64,000 nucleotides of DNA, taken from NCBI RefSeq assembly GCF_964204645.1, contig NC_134032.1:14248275-14312274 (forward strand). The letters run 5' to 3'. This DNA is from Tubulanus polymorphus (lineage: Eukaryota; Animalia; Nemertea). Shown one piece after another: positions 52,866 to 64,000 of this stretch (position 1 is the stretch's first letter; every line of letters starts with the position of its first letter). The notes under the pieces are model-generated. The model saw nothing but the letters and a program-made list of their open reading frames with translations. It had not been told where the DNA came from and did no database searches. Both the position numbers and the translations under genes were made by a program.

Positions 52866-53794
52866 ATCGAATAGAGCAATATACCAGAAAAGGCGAAATA
52901 TATGTATTGAAAAACAACATTTCATCTTTATTTCATCGAATTGAACAGATTATACCAGATATAGACCGTCTACCAGTTTAAGTGGAGTCTACAGTATCAT
53001 TAAGGGCAAAAAATCCAGTAAAATCCGAGACATTTGAATATATTTTTCTAAAATGAATTTTCACCGAATTTTACTCCAAAAATTGCGATATATCCTTCGA
53101 GTACTGCACATTTCCCTATAGTTTTTGCTAAGTCTAATTCATTTTCATTTCACGACAAACAGAAAGACAACACAAATAATTTCATTCAAGTTTCTTCTGT
53201 ATTTTCATCATCAAACAAATACTTCAGCTTTTACTTTCAGAAACAACCACCAGGGGTAAGATCCATTTCACAGGACACTGTCCCCTGCTGTACCTTCAGA
53301 AATAACCAACAGGGGTAAAAACCATTTCACAAAACACTGCCCGCTGCTGCAACTTCATACATTTAAATCCATTCACTACAAATTATAATAAAACTTTTAT
53401 TCATAAAAATTAAACATCAGCGAACAATAAACAATATTTAGAATTTAGGCTTATTTCACATGTGTTCATTAAGTATTTCGAATAAGTCACTACTTACCCC
53501 TCAAATAGAGAATTCTTCAGTGGAGTAATTCACTATAAATACAGCTGCAGCCGTTTACAGAAAAAACAATATGAAATGTCGCTGTCGAACTTGTAGGGTA
53601 TAAAACGGGATAGACCTAGATAAATGTCAGGCCTTGATAACAGTAGAGGAAATACTTTTTATGGCCTCTAGAAAATAAGAGAATTCTGAAAATAAAACAT
53701 TAAGTTAAAGGGTAGGCCTATCTGATGAACTGCTAGAGGAAATTTGATAAAATCTGGTCTCAGAACGAAATTCGGTTCCTGACTAAACTATCAA

Positions 53795-54246
53795 CTAAAC
53801 CGCAGTCCAGTTATTGACTGACTAAAATATGGACTAAACCGTAGTCCAGTTATTGACTAAAATATGGACTAAACCGCAGTCCAGTTATTGACTAAAATAT
53901 GGACTAAACCGTAGTCCAGTTATTGACTAAAATATGGACTACACCGCAGTCCAGTTATTGACTAAAATATGGACTTAACCGTAGTCCAGTTATTGACTAA
54001 AATATGGACTAAACCGTAGTCCAGTTATTGACTAAAATATGGACTACACCGCAGTCCAGTTATTGACTAAAATATGGAATAAACCGTAGTCCAGTTATTG
54101 ACTAAAATATGGACTTAACCGTAGTCCAGTTATTGACTAAAATATGAACTACACCGCAGTCCAGTTATTGACTAAAATATGGACTAAACCGTAGTCCAGT
54201 TATTGACTAAAATATGGACTTAACCGTAGTCCAGTTATTGATTAAA
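53795..54246. repeat. 35-bp tandem repeat x~12
   Basis: CAGTTATTGACTAAAATATGGACTAAACCGTAGTC. Confidence 0.93.
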
Positions 54247-54637
54247 CAAAGTGGCTACTCGTACGGACCCGTACGAATAATTCCGTAGGCTATTTGTACG
54301 CACCCGTCGGATAACTCTGGAATTATGTGTACGGGAAGGTATAGGGTTAGGGTAAGGTGAGGCTATATGTAGTTAAAACATTCAACCGACTGTCAGCGAG
54401 CTCGGTGGTCCAGTGGTACGATGCTGTGCTAGTAATTTACTGGCCCGGGTTCGAGTCTCGCTCTATCCGCTATTTTTCTCTAATTCTATTCTCCACACTT
54501 TCCTTGAATTTTCTAAGTCGTGCACCTCTGTACGCATGCGCGGCGTTAATCGGCCAATCAGCGACAGTGTGCAGATCCTAGTCCCGTACGAATAGTCTCC
54601 AGAGTAATCCGTACGGTCCGTACGAGTAGCCACAGCG
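54247..54637. mobile_element. Mutator-like MITE carrying a tRNA-like sequence
   Basis: TIR GTGGCTACTCGTACGGACC; 9-bp flanking duplication TTGATTAAA (54238-54246, 54638-54646); A/B boxes at ~54396-54470. Confidence 0.8.
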
Positions 54638-55466
54638 TTGATTAAACTGCAGTCTGCTTCCTGACTAGTCAGTAACCTGTCTGTGGTTTAGTTTCACGAT
54701 CGGATATTTTCACAAACCACAGCTCATCCGATTATAAAAAGCTTACCACCAACGATTTAGGGAACTAACTACTTCCTGACTAATGGACTGAACCGCACAG
54801 TCCAGTTACTTGATTTATTAAACATAAATCAGGATTTCGTATGAAATGCATTGGTCTGTAGGCCTACACAACTTAAATTATTTATGTTGTAACTTATCTC
54901 TATTGACTGGAATATGAATAACATGATGAATATTTCACAATTTCGACAATATTTGGAACCGAAACCAGGAAATGAAGTTACTTCCTCAAGTTATTTTTCA
55001 TCCACCAGAGCCTCCACTCACTATTCAATTCAATTCAAACTTTATTCACCATAGATTCGTTAGCAAATTCAATTGAGTTTAAGAGTGGTGACAAAATTGC
55101 ATCATATGTCAAAATGAAAAATTTATACTCGAACAATTGAGAAATTTGAAATAGAATAAGAGACTAGAAACATAAAAGGATATGTTCAAAATAAATTTCC
55201 TAATTTTATCAGTGTGACATAAATTGAGTTTTCCAAAATTAAAAAGAGAATTGAAAGAAATTGATATTAGATGATAATAGATTTTTTAATTAATGAAATT
55301 CGAAATAATTGAGATTTAGACAATTTGAGATTTAGGAAATCAAATAATGCATCAAATAATGTGAGATAAAATAATTGTGATTGTGAATTTGAGATCAAAT
55401 AATTTCAGATGTTGGAAATCAAATAATTTGAGATGTTTGTCAAAAATGATCGAGAATTTGAGATAC

Positions 55467-55900
55467 TCAAGATGAACTAAATGAGATTGATGAAGTAGAG
55501 TTTGTACTTACTCAAATCACAAAACGCGCCGAGGGATGCCGGATCTAGTGCAAGAACCTCGGCGCGCACCAACTTCAAAAGCCCACAAAAAATGTCTGAT
55601 TTCGTAGACATGGTCAAAGGAGAGGTAGAAGTTGAAGTCGTTTGATGTTTAAGTTGAAGTTGAAGTTGTATAGTCTTGTTGGTATCAATGTATATCGCCG
55701 CGTACTGTTGTCGCTGATGCTGCTGCTGCTGCTGCTGCTGCAATGTCAAAACAATAATGTTATAAAAATCAAGAAAATCGAAAATTATTGATTCTAAGAA
55801 ATAGTTAACTCGAGTTTATATTAAATAATAATAATAATTAACATTAAATTATTAGGCATCATTATTTTCTAAATATTAAATATAGAAGCCACCAGCATTA
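55467..55900 (-). repeat. Right arm of ~435-bp inverted duplication
   Basis: Near-identical reverse complement of 50350-50786; one CAG unit shorter. Confidence 0.95.
55512..55611 (-). CDS. Putative first coding exon part MSTKSDIFCGLLKLVRAEVLALDPASLGAFCDL (exon 55512-55737)
   Basis: TTGCAG acceptor, ACCATG start, A|GTAAGT donor (phase 1); upstream promoter and short exon at 56368-56451. Confidence 0.4.
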
Positions 55901-56367
55901 AGTTGAACGACGCTTCGAATGAAAGGTTTCTATGGATTCGAGTTACGGTTGAATAGACTGAGCTGTCTGTGTATTACACCTAGGCATGTCAACTAGCCGC
56001 TTTAGCGCGTCGATTTGAACACCAGAAAAACAGCTTCCGAAAATTTCATAAATAAATTTGATAAATTTCCATTTCCTCAATAAAATCACAATAACGTCTT
56101 CATTATTACGAGAGCGAAATTGAAAATCAAATGTTGTAATTTACTTCTAAATATTTAAAACACAATTTGGACAATTTTGAGCAAAATGAACGTCACAATG
56201 GAAATGTCATAATTTAAACACCTATATAATATAATCCGAACTTTCGGAACTTTGGAAATTGTCTCGTATGCGAAACCTAAGGTCTATGTATAAAATTTAC
56301 AAGTAAGATAAATAGAATAAATAAATTTGATCGAAATAAATAAATAAAATGGATGACGTTTGCTTAC

Positions 56368-56451
56368 CTGTAGAAATGGCCGAACTGGAATGAGGGATCA
56401 GCTGACCTGAGTTTTTATACTGACAGTGTGACGTCACTGAGACTGACCAAT
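56368..56451 (-). promoter_or_regulatory. Compact Pol II promoter and short first exon
   Basis: CCAAT 56447-56451, TGACGTCA 56429-56436, TATAAAAA 56419-56412, Inr-like TCATTC 56393-56388, CAG|GTAAGC donor at 56367. Confidence 0.6.
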
Positions 56452-56721
56452 GAAAAGTACCAATATTACCGCCAAGTTTAAAAAATCATTTTCTGATGGG
56501 ATTCGAACCTGATCAACGCCACAAAAAAATTCCATTTAGTTCGAATCCACGCAAATTCAATTAATATTCACACTGATGTTTCCTCAGTTTACCCTAGTTA
56601 TCTGTTTAACTTAATCTGTTTGACAAACTGTTTAAGATGCATTCTGAAAATCGATTTTAAGCAAACTGAACACATACAAAATGACATACGAGACAAACTT
56701 ACACACCCGAGTGGTTACCAC

Positions 56722-56792
56722 AGATCTATGGTCTAGTGGTTAGAATTCCCGCCTGGTAAACAGGAGACCTTAGTTTCGAGTCCTGCCACCGC
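56722..56792 (+). pseudogene. tRNA-like sequence / SINE head
   Basis: A box TGGTCTAGTGG, B box GTTTCGAGTCC; acceptor stem does not pair. Confidence 0.5.
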
Positions 56793-57289
56793 TAACTTTC
56801 GCTTTTGATAATTTGCCCCAAATCTGTTTCTTTTTTTAATATTTCAGATTGTGATGAGGGGTTGGCCTGCTCGGTGATATTGATTTGAAGATGAAATAAT
56901 TTTAGTGGATCATGAATTTAGGAAAAAGATTACAGCACCACTGACCCATGTTTAAAACAAGACTTTTCGGCCATACGGAAATGTTACAGATGATGGATGT
57001 AATTTCAGAGGGTATAATTTGAAACGCCAATAACAGTAGCCCAAAATTGTGATCGGTAGTGTGAGTGAGTGAACCCTGTGATGGCTCTAACTCTTAATTA
57101 CGAATCTATTCGATTGTTATTCAGTACATACAGTCGGTTTTTAACTGTAAGGTGCTGCCCCTAGGTGTATCATAGGCGGTAAATTTGTGAACTAACTGAT
57201 AGTTCAATTTTCCTACTGCGGCGCGCGAGTAATAAGTTAGTTCATATATTCACCATCAACGATATGTATAGGGGCAGCAATTGACGCCC

Positions 57290-57610
57290 CAGTACATCCT
57301 CTATTCAGCATCAGGGCCATTCCAGAACCACTTTCAGTTATTATTGGGTTCGCACCCGGGAGACCCTTGTACATCCTCTATTTAGCACCAGGAACACTCA
57401 GGACAGTACCCTGCCGGGTTTAAACCCGGGATACACCCCTGTTCCGGCATCTCAAGACCACTCTGAATCAGCGTCAGGGGTTCACACCCGGGACACCCCT
57501 GTACATCCTCCATTCAGCATTAGGACCACTCTGAATAAGTGTCAGTAATTACTGGATTCGAACCCGGGACACCCCTGTACAGTCTAATTCAACATCAGGA
57601 TCACTCTGGG
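57290..57610. repeat. Degenerate ~65-75-bp repeat containing B-box-like GGATTCGAACCCGGG
   Basis: Recurrent CCCGGGACACCCCTGTACATCCTC...CAGCATCAGGACCACT. Confidence 0.6.
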
Positions 57611-57687
57611 ATGCGGACTCTATTCAATCCGGTATCCGGACTCTATTCAATCCGAACTTGGTCAATTCCCTCTTCTTTTCATTTTTT

Positions 57688-58594
57688 AAGCCAATCTGTT
57701 AAGTACTGGCTACATATTTGTAAATTAGACCGTAACTCCATGGTCAAAAAAGCCTATCTGGATAACTTAAAACTAACTGACCAGGTAAACTCGTGGCCCA
57801 AGTCGATGAAAACTCTTTTGTATCATGTACATCTTGATCATTTATGGAAAATCAGGGCACTAAAACACCAGCTCGAGCTATTAGAATTCTCAATAGAACT
57901 CTCTGTAACTCTTACATGTGTGAATGGCTATCGAAGATTAATGATTCTGATGCAAACCCTGCACCTATAAATTATTCAAAACTCACTTTGGAGCTGAAAA
58001 TTATTTACGCTGTTCAAACTCTGCCACCATAGGAACTTCTCAAAATTACGCATTAGTGCCCACTCGTTCCGTATTGAAACTGGCCGATATCAATATCCGA
58101 AACTACCCGCAGAAAAAAGGACATGTCAGATCTGCCAATCTGGCGAAGTAGAGTCGGAATTCCACTTCGTCATGGAATGTGCGGTTTACGGCGATCTACG
58201 TGCTAAAAGTTTGTCAAAATTATCAAAATTTACTGATTTCCTAGACCTTTCGGAAGATACTCAATTTCAATTCATTATGTCTTACGGTCGTGGTGACACA
58301 GAAATTTTTTCTATAATTAATAGATTTATAGATAATATCTTCATTAAACGCCGGGGAATCGCTCGAGTCAGTCATGAACCACGGTGTAAATGTTCCTTTT
58401 TTCATTACTTGTAAATCGTATTTTTGTTACATATGTTTTTGGTTTTTTTTTCTCTCTCTCTCTCTTTCTTCTCTTTTTCAACTTGTCTCTCTTGTTTGTA
58501 ACTGTGTTTGTAATGTGTTCACTTTATTTTTGTGTATCTGATGTTGTAATGTTTCGACAATGATCAATAAAGTGTGAATTGAATTGAATTGAAT
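57688..58594 (+). mobile_element. 5'-truncated, frameshifted non-LTR retrotransposon 3' end (RTE-X/CR1-L2 group)
   Basis: VKYWLHI...VKKAY, LRISAHSFRIETGRY, RTCQICQSGEVESEFHFVMECAVY (CCHC finger); AATAAA then (TGAAT)n tail. Confidence 0.85.
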
Positions 58595-58617
58595 ACGGAC
58601 GCGTACGGATGTCTCCA

Positions 58618-58750
58618 ATTAATAATAATGTCACATTTATATAGCGCCTGTTTCACTAATAATAATGTTCACCAGCGCTTTGTATGGTAGTGGTGCTGAA
58701 TTCACAGAGCATAGGCTTTGTAGAAAAGCAAATGTTTTACTCTCTGTTTG
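58618..58750 (-). mobile_element. L2-like 3' tail fragment
   Basis: Near-identical to 22850-22978. Confidence 0.75.
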
Positions 58751-59624
58751 ACTGGTTGCCGGTCTCTACAATCAGACCGATAACCAGTCTATCATCGTTG
58801 GGTGCCGGTCCTAGTGCGCACAATTCGATAGACTGATTGCCAATATCTTTTTCAAGATTTCAGTTTTGACGAGCCTTTCGACTTTTCATGAAACCCCACC
58901 TTCATATTACAACATTGCGTATCCCAAGCCAAGTACAAATTGTTGTAAAGTTTATTTCTGATGAAATAAATATAAGAATATATCAATCATGAGTGTTTCC
59001 CTTACAAACAAACCGCCCCACACCACAGCACAGGGGCTCGTATTTAAAGTTTGTTGGGGGGTGAACTGTAACTTAGATCATCCAGTATCCCTGGTACTAT
59101 ATATATAAAAAGAAGATAAGTTAACTCTAACTGACCACACCACGGAACGAGTTCCACACAGTGATTATTCAATGTGGCTGAAGAAGTGGGAAAAGTTTAT
59201 AGCACAGGGACTTGTCACAATTGATAGTGAATGAATAAAACCAATATCAATGACCAGGTCCACTATCCCTGTATAATATAAAAATAATGTTATTTTATTA
59301 TACAGTTGCAGGGATACTGGTACCCCCATCATTGGTCTCATCCATTATCAGTCGTGACAAGTCCCTGTGGTTTATAGTTCAATCAAAGAGATATCTTCGT
59401 TTTCATATGTTTCAGTTCTTCTTATTGAAAAACAAAATCATTATTATATCGATAACGATATACCTCAACATTTATTATAAATACAACTCAATACAGATTT
59501 CAATTTTTTTAGTTTTTACATGAAAATACTGCACATTTTATCTAGTAAAATAGAGGGAAACAAGATGAGGTTGCCCGCACACGAATGGGTCCATGTTCAA
59601 CGCAGTTGCTTAGATCCGTGTTAG

Positions 59625-59790
59625 TTTGAGTCCAGAACTGTAGAACTGGGTCCAGAACTGTGAAACCGTGTCCAGAGTAGAATTCGGTCCAGTTCTGTGA
59701 AACTGAGTCCAGAACTGTGGGACTGGACCCTAAACCTGTGCAACTGGGTCCAGAACTGTGCAACTGAGTCCAGGTCTGTGGAACTTTGTC
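59625..59790. repeat. ~23-bp degenerate tandem repeat
   Basis: ACTG(G/A)GTCCAGAACTGTG units. Confidence 0.7.
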
Positions 59791-59945
59791 CACAACAGCT
59801 AGTCCTAAAGAGTCCTTTATAAGCAGCACTTCATGAGTCCAATGTTTATATAGAACCGAGTTTAGTATCGTCAACTTAAGAAGAACCAACATTCATGTTT
59901 ATAGAACAGAGTTTAATATCGCTGAGTTTGAAAAAACCAGTTCAA

Positions 59946-60109
59946 CTATGATTTTCCGGTTTTCATTTGTTTTTGAATTTGTCGTTTTTTCTGAAAACTT
60001 TTCATCTTCTGCGTTTTCCGTCTGCTCTTCAAAATCTGTTCGGAACGTTTCAATTCGGAGCGAACTTTCCTGTTGTCCGTCGTCGTAGCAACCTTCTTGT
60101 TGTGGAAAC
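59946..60109 (-). CDS. DDX54: DDX54 terminal coding exon
   Basis: GFHNKKV...[20 protein letters not shown]...GKS-stop. Confidence 0.87.
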
Positions 60110-62352
60110 CTGAAGTTTGGCAGAATGGAGAATAAGGGTATAATTTCAATCAGTAAACCCATATCGTTACTGAAGTTGTATCAGAGAAAAAACTCTTTTA
60201 AAAACAAATCAAATCTAACAATATGTCTCCATGCCTACGAACTGATATCATTTTCAAATCATCAAAACTAGGGTTTGTAGCAGGGGCAAAATTAGGGGGC
60301 CGTCTAGAGCTTTTTATCAAGACAAAGATCGTTAAAACCTACAAATTTGACACTCATTCTTTTGGAAATTTCATATTTTTTGATGTATTTGCTTAAGGAA
60401 TATCTTACACCGGGGGGGCGGAACCATGCAAAGGCTAAACAAAAATGATACACCTTATTTCTCCGCAGCGGCCAGGTTATTTTTGTGAAATATGATAAAA
60501 TTTATAAACAGTTCATTTCTATAGCGGCCGGGTCTGTTATGGTAAAATTGATCACGATTTAACAAAAAGTAATGTATAGGGTAGATAGGCGGCCGGCCGG
60601 GTCAACTTAAAAGCCACTAGAGCGGAGAAACCAGGTATCAAATTTTTTTAGCCTAATCGGTGGACAACAATCAACCGAGATTGAGTTCTTCCAAAAAACT
60701 TGATATGGACGTCGGATATATTCACACCCGTAACACTCACCTCTATTACGAGTTCCAAACACTTGCATTCTGTTCCGGCCTCCGTCGCTTTTCGAGGACT
60801 GTGAATTATTTCTATCCTTCTCCTCATTGCTATCATCATTATCATCATCAGCTTCCTCGCGAGACGTGATCTTCGTTTTTGCCACCCATTGTTTGTATCT
60901 AACGCGACGCAGAGTTAAGGATTTTACCGAGAAAGTTTTCCAGCTCCCCTCAACCGAAGTGAATCGCAGACTTTACAAAACAATCACTTCCAATTCATCC
61001 AATGAGGAATAATTCATCTATTTCATGAATCTTAATCTAGAATCAAAACCACATCTGAATCAATTTAGAATCCACAAGTTGGTCCAACTCTGGATCAAGT
61101 TCCACAGTTCTTGCCTCAAATTTGACTCAAAGGTTTAAACATCGGCAAACGAACCGATGGAAAAGAACCAATTGCAACTTAAAAAGTCAATGTGATAACT
61201 GTGGGTATGGGATCCAACTGTGTATACAGTTCTCTGTTTAGGCCTTAGTTTGGCTTTGACTCTAGCTTTACACCGCTTGGATCTTGGTTTCCCGAGACTA
61301 ACCCTTATTGGATTATTCATTAACTCACGACCTCATGAGGTGTTGCTAACACACAGTAAGCGGCCAGCAGGACTCGAACCAACTTGTCACTCAGCACTGA
61401 TAGTGGATGCAACAGCATACACCTTATCGCACTAAGCTACTGAGGCCGCCTAGTTAAATTATCGAAACATTTAGTAAAGATTCTGAAGAATCATAAAGGA
61501 TTTCGATATCTGGGGAAATATCGATATAATGGGGTGGTGAATGGTAGAAGTTATCGAACTGATAAAACTGGCGTGACTTAGTCATAATTTACGTATTCTA
61601 AAATTACGATAAGGATACGAATTTGATTTATAAGAAGCTGGAATCCAAGCTCCACTTTCGGTCTTGATCTTTTTCTTATTGCCCTGATTTTCGACTCCAA
61701 CAAACTTTTTTTTCTTACGATCCCTGGAAAGTAAATACAAACGCAAATATAATCAATATCAGCCCCCAAAAACCGAGCAAATCGAACACAGAATAAGGCT
61801 GCTTGCAGATCAGTCATTCCAGGATAAAAGAAGTTTTCAAGGAGTTTTAAAGAGAATTTTTATATTTCAAGGAAGCCAGAAATATTCAAATTTCAAGGAA
61901 GCATCTCTTTCAAAAGCATTTTCCGTTTAAAGGAGTTCTTAGGGAATCGAAGAGTTGTAGGGCCCTGTCTTTTATTTTTTGATTTGAAAATCCACAGTAA
62001 CCTCGAGACGGAATTAGAGACGGACCCCTGACTCCTTCCGGCTGAGATTTCATACATACCATCTAACTGCACTGTTCATTGTTTTCATCTCTCGAGCATC
62101 GTCTCCCGTTAAATCCAAGGTGGCACTAGCAGCCTGCTGGTCAAAACTCGAGCCCAAACTCAAACTAGAAATACACAAAAAATACAAATTACAATTTCTG
62201 GGGCTGATCATGCACCTTCAGTTGCTCAAAAGTTAAGAGTTAAGTTCACTTCTTCTTCTTCTTCCGATATCTGTCAACATCAACTGGTTGATGAAACACA
62301 GTGTATAGGTGTGCGCAAATAAATATATACAGACATTACTAATAAATTTAGT

Positions 62353-62396
<44 letters not shown>

Positions 62397-63899
62397 GAGT
62401 TTTTAAGCTAAGCGGTGTGGGAGAGAAGAGTCTAAAAGGATGTGTGCTTCGTTACAATCGAAACTGCATTGGTTACTATGGTATTTATCCGCCAGTTATC
62501 TTTAATCGACTAAACCCAAGGACCCAGTTCCACATTTCTGTGTTAAGATTTTACTCAGAGTTAACTCATTGAAAATGAAATAAACTCTAACTTACAACTG
62601 TGGAACTGGATCCCGAGTTCAGAGTTACCTCTAACTCACAACGTGGAACTGGATTTCGAGTTCAGAGTTAACTCTAACTCACAACGTGGAACTGGATTTC
62701 AAGTTCAGAGTTAACTCTTAAACTCACAACTGTGGAACTGGGTCCTGGTGGTCTTTTCAAATTAACTCAGAAAAACAATCTTGTAATTCACCAAAATTTC
62801 GAGGACGCTTATTTTCAAATTCTTTCTTACCCTTTCTCAGAAGCGAAATCTTTCGGTTTATAAGGAATGTAAAATTCCTCGTCTCTCACTCCGCCTGCTG
62901 TCGTCCCGTCTGCCAAACGTTTTCGTTTCTTCTGTTTTTTCTCCTTGAATATTTTATCCGGATGCGATCGTTTCGGGGCGACCACTTGTTTGAAGGTATT
63001 CTTAAAATAAAAGATATGTATGTAAAACAACTTAATCCGGGGCCAGTTTACAAAAGAGAAGAGGGCCAAATTGAATTCAAGGATCAAGAATCTTTAAATC
63101 TCAGAACTCCCTAATAATTACTCAATCTCTGTAGCCTATTTAGACGAATGTTATGATTGTTTGGTAATTCCAGGTCGTCCTCTGTATTTGAGAGTTTGAA
63201 TAGAAAAGATCAATCTCAGAATTCCCTGATAATTTCCCAATCTCCATGATTAAATCCCTGGTTCCCTGATTTTCCTGCAGGGAATGCGATATCTTCAATT
63301 TCCTGATAATTCTCTGATTTCCATTAGAAAATATCTGATTTCCTGATTTCTGTGCAGGGAATTTAAAATCCTACATAAATTCCCTGCACAGAATATGAAA
63401 ATCTAAATTCCCGATAATTCCCAAATTTCCATAAGAAAATACCTAGGCTAGGTTTCATAGATGTGGATGAAAAAATAGTCCCTAGGAACATTTTGAAATT
63501 TGTCAGTTATATCCATGGTTTCTCATTGTTACTACCATAGTATGGTGGTTGTTACCCAGATTAACCCAAAATCATAAACTCCCCAATTTCCCTGATTTAC
63601 AGATACCCTGAAATTCCATGATTTTCTGATTGCTTTTAAGGTCAGCAGCCACAATGACAGTTGAACCAGGGTTTTCTAAATACCTGTAACGCATCTTCCG
63701 AAACTTCCATCTCCGCATTATTCGAATTTTCTACCTCCGCCATTCGTTCGTCTTCCTCCAGCGTTTTCTCGAGAAATCGATCCGTTTTCTCGCGTTGTTT
63801 TATCTGCGTCGAGATGATCGCGTTGCCGTGGAAATTACGCTTGTTTTTCATCACTTCGAATCCGCGATTTTTTGCGTGCGAGTTGATCTCGAAAATCGT
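59946..63899 (-). CDS. DDX54: DEAD-box RNA helicase DDX54/Dbp10, last six coding exons (5' part outside window)
   Basis: Exons 63684-63899, 62831-63000, 62060-62164, 61619-61723, 60741-60898, 59946-60109 join in frame: TIFEIN..., [63 protein letters not shown] (DBP10CT-like), [15 protein letters not shown]. Confidence 0.92.
60432..60655. mobile_element. MITE with ~33-bp imperfect TIRs
   Basis: AGGCTAAACAAAAATGATAC...TTCTCCGC / GCGGAGAAA...GTATCAAATTTTTTTAGCCT. Confidence 0.75.
60741..60898 (-). CDS. DDX54: DDX54 penultimate coding exon
   Basis: [19 protein letters not shown]...; GTGAGT donor. Confidence 0.87.
60899..61618 (-). other. U12-type (minor spliceosome) GT-AG intron in DDX54
   Basis: 5' site GTATCCTT; branch sequence TCCTTAAC at 60914-60921, 15 nt before the exon; no strong polypyrimidine tract. 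Confidence 0.9.
61360..61450 (-). pseudogene. tRNA-like sequence / SINE head inside the U12 intron
   Basis: A box TAGCTTAGTG, B box GGTTCGAGTCC, GCGGCC/GGCCGC ends; anticodon arm does not fold. Confidence 0.5.
61619..61723 (-). CDS. DDX54: DDX54 internal exon
   Basis: [34 protein letters not shown]; followed by GTATCCTT donor. Confidence 0.9.
62060..62164 (-). CDS. DDX54: DDX54 internal exon
   Basis: [35 protein letters not shown]. Confidence 0.9.
62354..62395. repeat. (TAA)n microsatellite
   Basis: Direct reading. Confidence 0.95.
62520..62746. mobile_element. MITE with tandemly amplified 3' end
   Basis: GGACCCAGTTCCACA ... TGTGGAACTGGGTCC; 42-bp terminal segment repeated. Confidence 0.7.
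62831..63000 (-). CDS. DDX54: DDX54 internal exon
   Basis: [11 protein letters not shown]...[19 protein letters not shown]. Confidence 0.9.
63684..63899 (-). CDS. DDX54: DDX54 internal exon
   Basis: [21 protein letters not shown]...EDALQ; AG/GT boundaries. Confidence 0.88.
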
Positions 63900-64000
63900 C
63901 TGCAAGAAAAGCAGCGAGCAGACGACAATTTAAAATGAAACTAAAATTCTCCTGATTTATCAATTCAGGGTCCTGAGGCTGGTCGCATAGTCATGGATTA

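Noticed and set aside
53795-54246. CRISPR-like 35-bp periodicity (also the 36-, 66- and 70-bp arrays)
   Set aside because: Units are contiguous with no unique spacers, there are no cas genes, and the context is eukaryotic.
54396-61450. Functional tRNA genes at ~54396, 56722 and 61360
   Set aside because: A/B boxes are present but acceptor or anticodon stems do not fold; treated as SINE-like or pseudogenes.
62309-62572. Poly-Ile ORF
   Set aside because: (TAA)n microsatellite in a DDX54 intron.

Overview
AT-rich, intron-containing animal (probably invertebrate) genomic DNA; no prokaryotic operons or CRISPR arrays. Two conserved genes were reconstructed by hand, both on the minus strand. SDHA is complete (14 coding exons, 27341->16724, 671 aa). 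The last six coding exons of DDX54/Dbp10 (63899->59946) include a clear U12-type GT-AG intron. About half of the window is tandem repeat: a 36-bp array at 1-7462, a ~59-bp satellite with an 899-bp higher-order repeat, and a 13.6-kb complex of ~153-bp and ~160-bp satellites with a 2553-bp higher-order repeat. MITEs, SINE-like and LINE fragments are also common. Most ORFs in the supplied track are by-products of these repeats. The most unusual items are: (i) an orphan gene whose promoter and ATG-bearing exon lie on the minus strand (56.4-55.5 kb), while a phase-compatible terminal exon lies on the plus strand (49683-50374), linked by a ~435-bp inverted duplication; (ii) an apparently non-coding six-intron transcript built from duplicated exon-intron modules (32.4->30.2 kb); (iii) a satellite that starts exactly at a splice acceptor and reads as a chain of ATGA stop/start-coupled ORFs. 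These three are hypotheses from sequence only. All coordinates were counted by eye and repeat edges are approximate.
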